Origin: a virus
Taxonomy: Duplodnaviria > Heunggongvirae > Uroviricota > Caudoviricetes
Reading direction: 5' to 3' (one strand)
Length of the DNA stretch: 22,056 nucleotides
IMG/VR virus record: IMGVR_UViG_3300006131_000005
The notes under the pieces: generated by a model
What the model was told of the DNA's origin: nothing
What the model saw: only the letters and a program-made list of their open reading frames with translations
Databases searched by the model: none
Made by a program: the position numbers and the translations under genes
Part shown: positions 12,278 to 21,287 of the stretch, piece after piece
Layout: each line of letters starts with the position of its first letter
Position numbering within the stretch: position 1 is the stretch's first letter

Positions 12278-15200
12278 TTGAGCACAACGATTGATGAAAA
12301 AGTCGTAGAAATGCGATTTGACAACAAGCACTTCGAGACCAATGTTCAGACCAGCATCTCGACGCTCGACAAGCTCAAACAGAGTTTGGATTTGAACGGC
12401 GCCGCGAAAGGTCTGGAGAACATCGACAGCGCGGCCAAAAAATGCGATATGTCCACACTTGGCAAGTCTGTTGAGACTGTCAGGATGAAGTTCTCCGCGC
12501 TTGAGGTCATGGCTATGACCGCCCTCTCAAATATCACCAATTCCGCGATGAACGCGGGAAAGCGTCTGGCCTCTACGTTTACCGTGGAGCCGATCACCAC
12601 AGGTTTCAACGAGTACGAGCTAAAGATGGGCTCCATCCAGACCATCATGGCCGGCACCGGGGAAAGCCTGGAGCGGGTCAATCAGAAGCTGGATGAACTG
12701 AACCTTTACTCGGACAAGACCATCTATTCCTTTGCGGATATGACCCAGAACATCGGCAAGTTTACCAATGCCGGTGTAAAGCTGGATGACGCCGTGGCCG
12801 CCATTCAGGGCGTTGCCAACGTAGCGGCTGTCTCCGGCGCGAATGCCAATGAGGCGTCCAGGGCCATGTATAACTTTGGTCAGGCTCTTTCCGCCGGCTA
12901 CGTCAAGCTGATTGACTGGAAATCTATTGAGAACGCCAATATGGCAACGGTGGAGTTCAAGCAGCAGTTGATGGATACCGCCGTTGAGATGGGCACGCTG
13001 GTCAAGGTTGGCGAGAAGTATCAGTCAACCACAACAGACCTCAATGGTCATGTATCCGATCTCTTCAATTCCACCCTTCTGTTTAATGACTCGCTCAGTT
13101 CTCAGTGGATGACCACGGAAGTCCTATCCAAGACTCTTGCAAAGTACGCAGATGAAACCACCGAGATTGGTAAGAAAGCTTTTGCCGCCGCGCAGGACGT
13201 CAAGACTTTTACCCAGTTGATGGATACGCTGAAGGAAAGCGCTCAGTCCGGATGGGCGGAGACCTGGCAGATCGTTGTCGGCGACTTTGAGGAGGCCAAG
13301 AAGCTCTTTACTGAGATGTCCGAGTTCTTCGGCGCTATGATCTCCGATTCCGCAAAGGCGAGAAATGAGCTTCTCTCCAGCGCATTGGGTTCTGGCTGGT
13401 CAAGCTTTCTGAAGGAAGGCATCGGGGACGCCGTTGGCTTCAAGGAGAGCATTGTGAACGCGGCCAGGGCTCATGGCGTCGCTATCGAAGAGATCGCCTC
13501 CAAAACAGAAAAGTTTGAGGACAGCCTGAACCAGGGATGGCTCAGCGCTGATATTCTGTCTGATGCTTTGGCCGATCTGACAAAGAAGACGGCTGGTCTG
13601 TCTGATGCAGAATTGGCGAACATCGGGATGACCCGCGACCAGGTTGACGACCTGGAGAAGCTGAACCAGGCGATCAAGGACGGCTCCGTCAATCTGGAAG
13701 AATACGCCAATAAGATCGGAAGAATGTCCGGTCGTGAGAACCTGATTCAGTCGTTCCGTAACGTTTTGCAGGCTCTGTTTGCTGTTCCGAAAGAAGCCGG
13801 AGACCTGATCGGCGTTATTACCGTCATCCGGGATGCGTTTCGGGAGATCTTCCCACCGGCAACCTCTGAGCAGGTCTATGCGCTGACTGAGGGTCTTCGC
13901 AATCTCACCGAGAAACTCAAAATGAGCGAGGAGACCGCCGATAAGCTGAAGCGCACTTGCAAGGGGTTATTTGCTATCGTGGACATCTTTACCACCTTGA
14001 CCGGCGGCGCTCTGAAGGCAGCCATTAAGGTGGCGGCAAAACTGCTTGGCATGGTTGATGTGGATATTCTCGACATCACAGCCAACGTCGGCGATGCTAT
14101 CGTAGCCTTCCGTGATTGGATCGACCAGCATAATTTCCTGGCAAAGGGCATCGAGAAAGCCCTCCCCTACATCGAGTCTGGGATCAAGGCCCTTCGGAGC
14201 TGGATTGCCAGACTTGGCGAACTCCCTCTTGTTCAGAAGGCAATCTCCCGGTTTGGAAATGCATTCCGGGATGTTTCCGATAGATTCGGCGTCTACATGG
14301 AGGGTGGAATTGAGCGCATCAAGGCGTTCATTGAACGTGTGAAGGCTATGAACGGGCTTACCCTTGATAATATTGGGAAAGCCCTGGCCGATTTCCGCGA
14401 TAATGTGCTCAGCTACTTCCTGAACTTCGGCGGCATCTTCGATGGGCTTATTCAGGCGGTGAAAGATTTTGGCTCGGATGTCAAGCTGGCGTTTGAGCAG
14501 CTTACGGGCGGGGCCGAAAACGCGAAAGCCAAGATGAAGACCACAGTCGGCGGCATCATTCAGTTCTTCCTGAACATGAAGGACCGGATCTTTGCCATCG
14601 CGCTGGAGATTCGGGAGAAGCTGGCGGACAAGATCGGTTTCGGCGAAATCTTTGCACTTGGTCTCGGCGCTGCTATGGTGGCGTTCACCAAGAAAATTTC
14701 CGACGCGCTTGAGACGATCTCCGCGCCCTTTGAGGGCATCGGCGCTCTGCTGAAGAGTGCGTCCAAGGCGCTGAATGCTTTTGCCATGGAGACAAAGTCT
14801 AAGGCCCTGCTCAATGTCGCCGAGGCTATCGCGGTGCTCGTTGGAGCGTTGGCGGTACTGACGCTGCTAGATCAGGAAAAGCTTAAGGGTTCTCTGGTCG
14901 TTCTTGGCGTGCTCGCCGCTGGACTTCTGGCGGTTTCCTTCGCCATGAGCAAGATGGGCGACCCGAAAGAACTGGTCAAGCTGTCTACCTCTATTGTCGC
15001 CGTCGGCGCGAGCTTGCTTCTGCTGGCAAACGCGATGAAGACGCTGGAGAGCCTGAATGGGGATAAGGTCGGCGGGAGTCTGGCGATTCTTGGCGTTCTG
15101 GCCGCAGGGCTGGTGGCAGTATCGAAGCTGCTCAGCTCCAAGGATAAGACTTTCTCCAAGAGCTCTCTTTTCATGATTGGCTTTGCGCTTTCGCTGAAGC

Positions 15201-18200
15201 TTCTCGTGAGCGCTCTGAAAGACCTTGACAAAATGGAGATCAGCAACGCCGGACAGACCCTGACGCTTCTACTTGGCGCGGTGGCGTCTCTCGCGTTGAT
15301 CGCGACGGCCTGCAAGGGTGTCAAGTTTGGCGCAGCCGCCACGATTCTGGCAATCGTTGTTTCGCTGAAACTCCTGGTAGGCTGCTTCAAGGACATCGCC
15401 AAACTCGACGTTGGAAAAGCGAAGAGCAGCATGGGCACCTTCGCTGGTATCTTTACCATGTTCGGTGCTCTGATGGTCGCCAGCAAATTCTCCGGCGAGA
15501 ACGCGAGCAAAGCGGGTTCCGCAATTCTGAAGATGGCGGCCTCGCTGATCCTTATCACTACAGCATTCAAAATGATGGCGGGAATCGACCCGCTGGATCT
15601 TGACCGGGCAACAGATACCGTCAGCAAACTGCTCCTGGTCTTCTCCGCTGTCACAGCTGCATCCCATTTCGCGGGAAAGAATGCGAGTAAGGCCGGATCT
15701 ATGCTTCTGCTGATGTCCGGCGCGATCCTGATCCTCTCCACTACGATGGTTGTACTGGCCCATCTTGATCCAAGTGGTCTGGGCCGGGCACTTGGAGCAA
15801 TCACCACACTCCTGGTCGTCTTTGGAGCTATGGTCGGCATCACCTATTTTGCAAAGGATTCCTCGCAGATTCAGGGCACGTTGATCACCATGACCATTGC
15901 TATATCCGCCATGGTGGCGGCAGTCGCGGCATTGAGCCTTCTGGACCCGCAGCGGCTTCTGGGGGCAACGGCCGCGATCAGTACCCTTGTGGCGGTGTTC
16001 TCCCTGTTAGTGGCGTCTACCCACTTCGCAAAGAAGGCGGGAAGCGTACTGGTCGTTATGACTGGCGTTGTAGCCGGTCTCGCCGGTATCCTCGCTTTGA
16101 TGTCCGCGTTCAATGTGCAGAACTCGGTCACTAACGCCTCCGCACTCTCTATCCTGCTGACGTCGCTGTCGGCGTCTCTGCTGATCCTCAGCAAAGCAAG
16201 CACGATTGCCCCGACAGCCTATGCCGCCATTGGTATCATGACTGCTGTGGTCGCCGGCCTTGCCGCTATCCTCGGTATTATGGACGGGCTCGGTGTCAGC
16301 GCATCTATCGAGACGGCGGCATCGTTGTCTGTCCTGCTTCTGTCCATGTCCGGGGCCTGCCTGATTCTGGCCGGAGTAGGCGCAACAGGTCCCGCCGCCT
16401 TTATTGGCATCGGTGCTCTGGCAACACTGATTGCCGGGCTCGGCGCTATCATGGCGGCTATCTGTGCTCTGACCGCTGACAATCCGACCATCGAGCAAGA
16501 CCTCGACCGGGCGATCATGATTCTGGAGAAGATCGGCACCGGCCTTGGGGCGACCATTGGCGGCTTTGTTGGTGGCGCTATCGGAGGGCTGAGCTCCGGG
16601 CTTCCTATCATCGGTACAAATCTGTCCGGGTTCATGACAAATGCCCAGCCCTTCTTCGACGCCGTTAAGGGCGTTGATGGGGAGGCTATGGCTGGCGTCA
16701 AATCTCTGGCCGAGGCATTGCTGGTTCTGACCGGTGTGAACGTGGTCGAAGGGCTCACCTCCTGGTTGACTGGTGGTACTTCTTTGGCGGACTTTGGCGA
16801 TGAGCTGATCGCTTTCGCGCCCAAGTTCAAGGAGTATTCTCAGTTGATGGAGGGAATCAATCCTGAAGTCATCGACGCCTCTGCAAACGCGGCCAAGACC
16901 CTTGCCGAGTTTGCCAGCGCCATTCCAAACCAAGGCGGTTTGCTTGCTGATCTGATCGGCGACAACACGCTGAGCACCTTTGCGGAAGAGCTTGTCCCAT
17001 TTGGGGAGAGCTTTTCAAAATACGCCCAATCCATCGACGGCATCAACGCGGAAACCGTGACTGCTTCGGCGAACGCGGCTAAATCGCTTGCTGAGTTTGC
17101 CAGCGCTATTCCCAATCAGGGCGGCATGTTGGCGGATTTGATGGGTGACAATACTCTGAGTTCCTTTGCCAAAGAGCTGGCTCTGTTCGGGCCTTCGCTG
17201 AAGTCCTATGCGGACAGTGTGACCGGCCTGGAGCCCTCTGTGGTGGAGAATTCCGCCAATGCGGCGAAGTCTCTTGCTGAGATGGCAAACTCCCTGCCGA
17301 ACAGTGGCGGCATCCTGGCTGAGTGGATGGGTGACAATACCCTGAGTTCCTTTGCGGCTGAGTTGGATCGTTTCGGCCCGGCTATCATGCAGTACGCCAA
17401 CAGCGTCACCGGCCTTCCGGTGGACGTGATCGAGGCATCCGTCTCCGCCGCAGGCGCGTTGTCTGCGCTGGCCGAGGGCCTTCCTAATCAGGGCGGTCTT
17501 GCCGCATGGTTCGGCGGAGATAACACCCTTGCCACCTTTGGAGAAGATTTGATCTCCTTTGGCAACAACCTGAGTGCATATTCCACGGCGATCAGCGACA
17601 TGAAACCCGATGCTGTAGTCGCATCCGCCAATGCTGCAAAGGCCCTCTCCAATCTGGCGGAAGGGCTCCCGGACAGCAGTCTGTTCGACCAGTGGTTCGG
17701 CGGGGATCAAACTCTTGCCTCATTTGGCGGCGACATTGCGGCGTTCGGCGAGGCCATGAGCAACTACTACGCCGCTATCTCCGGGATCGACATTCCGAAG
17801 ATGGAGGGGGTTGTGACCGCTGTCTGGAGTCTCGTTGATTTGGCGAAGGGTGTCAAAGAGATCGACAAGAACGCATTTTCCAATTTCAGCACCTCCCTTA
17901 GCACCCTGGCGAGCACTGGGGTCACCGGGTTTACCAACGCGTTCTACAACTGTGACAGCGAGGTCACATCGGCGGTAGTCGGTATGCTGAACAAAGTCGG
18001 TTCTGCCATTACCGCCAACTCCTCCATTCCCAGTAGTTCCATGCAGACCGTAGTCACATCCCTGGTAGAGGTCGTCAAGACCAAGACTTCGGATGTCGAA
18101 ACTGCAACCGCCTCCATGATGACCGCGATGCGGGCCAAAATCTCGTCCTACAGCGTCGTCATCAAGACGGCTATGGGGAGCGTGGTTTCCGCCGCTGTCA

Positions 18201-20521
18201 GCAAGATCAACGGGATGAAGCCGGATTTCGAGACTGCCGGTAAGAATGCCGGTCAGGGTTTCGTCAACGGCATCAACTCCAAGCTGAGCGCTTCCAGCGC
18301 GGCAGGCCGTAACCTGGGCCTCTCGGCTCTGAAAGCGGCGCAGAAAGCGCTGGACAGCCATTCTCCTTCCAGAGAGTTCGAGCAGCTCGGTCAGAATACC
18401 GACGAGGGGTATGCCAAGGGCGTAACGAATAACGCCGGGATCGTGAAGCAGGCCGTCACCGATGTAATGGACACCGCCAAGAGCGCCGTCGGCACAATGG
18501 AAGGCCCCGATATGGACAAGTGGATCGGAAAGGTCAGCAAGTCCGTGACAGAGGCCGTGGAGTCAACTGGAGCCACGGAAACCAAGGTTGCTCAGCAGAC
18601 GGCTGCCGCTGTCAAGAAGTCTTCCAAGGTAAAGACGGAGGCCTCCAAGAGCGCCCTCGACGCATTCGAGGACTACATCGAGGAGGAGCGGTACTACAGC
18701 CGCATCACCACCGAGGAGCAGCTTGCTGCGTATAAAGAGGTTCTGGCTACCTATCAGCTTACCGCTGAGGAGCGGAAGAAGGTGGCCCGGGAGATCTACA
18801 CGCTGGAGAAGCAGCTTAAAACGGACTGGATCGAGGAAGAGAAGTATTACAACCGGCTCAGTCTGGAGGACGAGCTGGCGGCCTATGAACAGCTCCAGGC
18901 CATGTATGCCGAAGGCACCGAGGAATACAAGAAGATGGCTCGGGAGGTATACCGCCTGCGAAACGAGCTGACGGCGGCATCCTACCAGAACTCCATGGAC
19001 TGGATCGAGGAAGAGAAGTATTACAACCGAATGAGCCTTTCTGACGAGCTGGCGGCCTATAAGCGCGTTCAGAGCCGGTATGCCAAGGGCACCGACGAGC
19101 GCAAGAAGATAGATCGCGAGGTCTACCGGCTAGAGAAAGAGATCAGCGAAGCCCAGAAGCAGTACATCGAAGACGTACAGAAGGTCCAGAGCGAGGCCAA
19201 TCAGAAGCGCCTTGACCTGGAGCAGGAGTACGCCGACAAGGTCAAATCCATCAACGACAGGCTGGCCCAGGATATCAAGTCGGCCAACGATCAGTATGAG
19301 AACGCCTTGAAATCCCGCGAGAACAGCCTCTACAGCTCCTATGGTCTCTTTGACGCAGTCAAGGAACGGGAGGACGTCAGTGGGGATACCCTGATGAAGA
19401 ACCTGGAAGGGCAGGTCAAGGAGTTCGGCGAGTGGCAGGATATTTTGGATAGTCTGACAGGTCGTGGACTGGATTCCGAGCTTATTGAAGAACTTCAAAA
19501 TATGGGTCCCAGTGCCATTGCTCAGATCAAGGCGCTGAATTCCATGACCGACTCTGAGCTGGAGAAGTATGCCTCTCTCTGGTCTGTTAAACACGGTCAG
19601 GCTCGGGAGCAGGCGGTCAGCGAACTGGAAGGGCTCCGTATTGAGACCCAGAACAATATTGCTCAGCTTCGTGCTGACGCGGCTCAGGAACTGGACGAGT
19701 ATCGTGCTGTGTGGCAAACGAAGATGGATCAGGTCGCCGCCGATGCCAACGCAGAACTGGAACAGCTTCAAAAGGACTTCGGCGAGAAGGTCGGACTTAT
19801 CAAGACCAACACCGAGAAGGATTTGGAGGAGATGTCCGAGACCGCTCAGAAGATTCTCCGTGAAGCAGGATGGGATGAGACTGGCAAGCAGATCGTCGCT
19901 GGTTTGACCGAAGGCGTGAAGTCGGAGCGTTCCAGCTTCATTGACGAGCTGACAAGTATGGCCCTCGCCAGCGTGGAGGCGATAAAGGATACCCTTGAGA
20001 TCAATTCGCCATCCCGCGTTACCCGAGAACTGGGCAACTATACGGGGCTCGGTCTCGTGAAGGGCCTGCGCGACTACGCAGACAAATCCTACGACGCAGG
20101 GGCGAACATGGCGGAGTCTATGAAGGGCGGTCTCTCCAACGCCATTTCTACCATCAGCGACCTGATGGATGGTGATATGGATATGCAGCCCACCATTCAG
20201 CCGGTTCTTGACCTCTCCAACGTGACAAAGGGAGCGAACGAACTTAATAGCCTGTTTTACCCCAAGATGACCATGAGCCTTGTGGGGCAGGCGGCTTTGG
20301 CGTTCGGTTCCTCTGGGGACAGAGGTCAGATGACTGTTAAGGTTGACAATACCAGCGTGGTGGAAGAACTTCGCATTCTTCGGGGTGAAATGACCGAAAT
20401 GACGGCACGTTTGGAACGGATGCAGATTGTGCTGGACACCGGAGTGATGGTCGGTCAGATGGCCGCTCCGATGGACGAAGCCCTTGGTCAGAGGGCAATT
20501 TACAGGGGAAGGGGGAACTAA
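12278..20521 (+). CDS. Tail tape measure protein (2747 aa)
   Basis: TTG start. N-terminal tape-measure domain (KTIYSFADMTQNIGKFTNAGV...AMYNFGQALSAG); long Ala/Leu/Gly-rich helical and hydrophobic repeats; two SPSR motifs; directly upstream of Dit. Confidence 0.95.
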   Translation: MSTTIDEKVVEMRFDNKHFETNVQTSISTLDKLKQSLDLNGAAKGLENIDSAAKKCDMSTLGKSVETVRMKFSALEVMAMTALSNITNSAMNAGKRLASTFTVEPITTGFNEYELKMGSIQTIMAGTGESLERVNQKLDELNLYSDKTIYSFADMTQNIGKFTNAGVKLDDAVAAIQGVANVAAVSGANANEASRAMYNFGQALSAGYVKLIDWKSIENANMATVEFKQQLMDTAVEMGTLVKVGEKYQSTTTDLNGHVSDLFNSTLLFNDSLSSQWMTTEVLSKTLAKYADETTEIGKKAFAAAQDVKTFTQLMDTLKESAQSGWAETWQIVVGDFEEAKKLFTEMSEFFGAMISDSAKARNELLSSALGSGWSSFLKEGIGDAVGFKESIVNAARAHGVAIEEIASKTEKFEDSLNQGWLSADILSDALADLTKKTAGLSDAELANIGMTRDQVDDLEKLNQAIKDGSVNLEEYANKIGRMSGRENLIQSFRNVLQALFAVPKEAGDLIGVITVIRDAFREIFPPATSEQVYALTEGLRNLTEKLKMSEETADKLKRTCKGLFAIVDIFTTLTGGALKAAIKVAAKLLGMVDVDILDITANVGDAIVAFRDWIDQHNFLAKGIEKALPYIESGIKALRSWIARLGELPLVQKAISRFGNAFRDVSDRFGVYMEGGIERIKAFIERVKAMNGLTLDNIGKALADFRDNVLSYFLNFGGIFDGLIQAVKDFGSDVKLAFEQLTGGAENAKAKMKTTVGGIIQFFLNMKDRIFAIALEIREKLADKIGFGEIFALGLGAAMVAFTKKISDALETISAPFEGIGALLKSASKALNAFAMETKSKALLNVAEAIAVLVGALAVLTLLDQEKLKGSLVVLGVLAAGLLAVSFAMSKMGDPKELVKLSTSIVAVGASLLLLANAMKTLESLNGDKVGGSLAILGVLAAGLVAVSKLLSSKDKTFSKSSLFMIGFALSLKLLVSALKDLDKMEISNAGQTLTLLLGAVASLALIATACKGVKFGAAATILAIVVSLKLLVGCFKDIAKLDVGKAKSSMGTFAGIFTMFGALMVASKFSGENASKAGSAILKMAASLILITTAFKMMAGIDPLDLDRATDTVSKLLLVFSAVTAASHFAGKNASKAGSMLLLMSGAILILSTTMVVLAHLDPSGLGRALGAITTLLVVFGAMVGITYFAKDSSQIQGTLITMTIAISAMVAAVAALSLLDPQRLLGATAAISTLVAVFSLLVASTHFAKKAGSVLVVMTGVVAGLAGILALMSAFNVQNSVTNASALSILLTSLSASLLILSKASTIAPTAYAAIGIMTAVVAGLAAILGIMDGLGVSASIETAASLSVLLLSMSGACLILAGVGATGPAAFIGIGALATLIAGLGAIMAAICALTADNPTIEQDLDRAIMILEKIGTGLGATIGGFVGGAIGGLSSGLPIIGTNLSGFMTNAQPFFDAVKGVDGEAMAGVKSLAEALLVLTGVNVVEGLTSWLTGGTSLADFGDELIAFAPKFKEYSQLMEGINPEVIDASANAAKTLAEFASAIPNQGGLLADLIGDNTLSTFAEELVPFGESFSKYAQSIDGINAETVTASANAAKSLAEFASAIPNQGGMLADLMGDNTLSSFAKELALFGPSLKSYADSVTGLEPSVVENSANAAKSLAEMANSLPNSGGILAEWMGDNTLSSFAAELDRFGPAIMQYANSVTGLPVDVIEASVSAAGALSALAEGLPNQGGLAAWFGGDNTLATFGEDLISFGNNLSAYSTAISDMKPDAVVASANAAKALSNLAEGLPDSSLFDQWFGGDQTLASFGGDIAAFGEAMSNYYAAISGIDIPKMEGVVTAVWSLVDLAKGVKEIDKNAFSNFSTSLSTLASTGVTGFTNAFYNCDSEVTSAVVGMLNKVGSAITANSSIPSSSMQTVVTSLVEVVKTKTSDVETATASMMTAMRAKISSYSVVIKTAMGSVVSAAVSKINGMKPDFETAGKNAGQGFVNGINSKLSASSAAGRNLGLSALKAAQKALDSHSPSREFEQLGQNTDEGYAKGVTNNAGIVKQAVTDVMDTAKSAVGTMEGPDMDKWIGKVSKSVTEAVESTGATETKVAQQTAAAVKKSSKVKTEASKSALDAFEDYIEEERYYSRITTEEQLAAYKEVLATYQLTAEERKKVAREIYTLEKQLKTDWIEEEKYYNRLSLEDELAAYEQLQAMYAEGTEEYKKMAREVYRLRNELTAASYQNSMDWIEEEKYYNRMSLSDELAAYKRVQSRYAKGTDERKKIDREVYRLEKEISEAQKQYIEDVQKVQSEANQKRLDLEQEYADKVKSINDRLAQDIKSANDQYENALKSRENSLYSSYGLFDAVKEREDVSGDTLMKNLEGQVKEFGEWQDILDSLTGRGLDSELIEELQNMGPSAIAQIKALNSMTDSELEKYASLWSVKHGQAREQAVSELEGLRIETQNNIAQLRADAAQELDEYRAVWQTKMDQVAADANAELEQLQKDFGEKVGLIKTNTEKDLEEMSETAQKILREAGWDETGKQIVAGLTEGVKSERSSFIDELTSMALASVEAIKDTLEINSPSRVTRELGNYTGLGLVKGLRDYADKSYDAGANMAESMKGGLSNAISTISDLMDGDMDMQPTIQPVLDLSNVTKGANELNSLFYPKMTMSLVGQAALAFGSSGDRGQMTVKVDNTSVVEELRILRGEMTEMTARLERMQIVLDTGVMVGQMAAPMDEALGQRAIYRGRGN
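16880..17809 (+). repeat. Five tandem 186-nt (62-aa) repeats inside the tape measure gene
   Basis: The Pro codon of the PNQGG/PNSGG/PDSS motif sits at 16925, 17111, 17297, 17483 and 17669 (exact 186-nt period). Consensus SANAAK.LAE.A..LPN.GG.LA...GDNTL..F...L..FG.....Y. A degenerate sixth copy lies just upstream. Confidence 0.9.
18671..19150 (+). repeat. Three 51-58-aa D[WY]IEEE[KR]YY repeats in the tape measure C-terminal region
   Basis: Copies start at 18671, 18824 and 18998. Copies 2 and 3 share the identical 32-mer GACTGGATCGAGGAAGAGAAGTATTACAACCG and an identical GACGAGCTGGCGGCCTAT. Confidence 0.9.
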
Positions 20522-20522
20522 C

Positions 20523-21284
20523 GTGTATCATTCTGTTACCTTTGGCGAGAAGAACACCTGGGATGACTGGCGGCTGGTCCCCTCTTCCCGGCCTGTTTTC
20601 AACCCTCCTGCGCAAAAGGTGAAGACATTGGACATTCCAGGTGGGGACGGCGTCATTGATTTGTCGCAAGCTCTCACCGGGTATCCGGTGTATCAGAACC
20701 GGACGGGCTCTATCGAGTTCATCGTCATGAACGACTTCAAGCCTTGGCATATGGCCTATTCCGACATCATGGACTATCTGCATGGGCAGAGTCTTCGAGC
20801 TGTGCTGGAGGATGACCCTGAGTATTTTTACGAAGGGCGTTTCGCGGTCAACCAGTGGAAGTCGGACAAGGACTGGTCACGCATCACCATCGACTATGAT
20901 GTGGGGCCGTACAAGTGGTCGGTGCTGTCATCCATCGACGACTGGCTCTGGGACCCGTTCAACTTTCAAAATGGCGTTATCCGCGCCACGCTGTTCAAGA
21001 ACATCTCTGTTACCACTGCGACATCTGTCAAGAGGTTGGATGCAAAGCTCTTTGGAAGAGCCCCAATCTGCCCCCGGTTCATTGTGCGGAGTACGGCTGG
21101 TCGGGGCGTTCACGCCCGCTTCGTCAACCCTAAGCTGGAACTCGATATTACGAAGCTTCTTCACGATGGAACGGTGCAGATTCCAGAGTTCGTTTTCTTC
21201 GGCGATATGGGAGCCGACATTTACTTTTGGTGCGACGCGGGCTCGGCGACGGTGTCGGTCGATTTTAGAGTAGGGAGGCTATGA
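20523..21284 (+). CDS. Distal tail protein (Dit)
   Basis: GTG 20523 right after the TMP stop (ORF track extends to 20484). ..DIPGGDG.IDLS.ALTG...YQNRTGSIEF...YFYEGR is a Dit-like N-terminal pattern; canonical TMP-Dit-Tal order. Confidence 0.8.
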   Translation: MYHSVTFGEKNTWDDWRLVPSSRPVFNPPAQKVKTLDIPGGDGVIDLSQALTGYPVYQNRTGSIEFIVMNDFKPWHMAYSDIMDYLHGQSLRAVLEDDPEYFYEGRFAVNQWKSDKDWSRITIDYDVGPYKWSVLSSIDDWLWDPFNFQNGVIRATLFKNISVTTATSVKRLDAKLFGRAPICPRFIVRSTAGRGVHARFVNPKLELDITKLLHDGTVQIPEFVFFGDMGADIYFWCDAGSATVSVDFRVGRL

Positions 21285-21287
21285 CTG

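Larger units (their letters stand above)
2208..20973 (+). repeat. Dispersed strand-polarised motif TCAAAATG(R)
   Basis: Exact copies at 2208, 3532, 6221, 8114, 10035, 12070, 13917, 15567 and 20966. No CATTTTGA found on a manual scan. Confidence 0.75.

Noticed and set aside
16880-19150. Tandem repeats as a CRISPR array or a diversity-generating-retroelement TR/VR pair
   Set aside because: Repeats are in-frame protein repeats with mostly synonymous divergence; there are no unique spacers, no adenine-specific mismatch pattern, and no cas or reverse transcriptase gene in the window.
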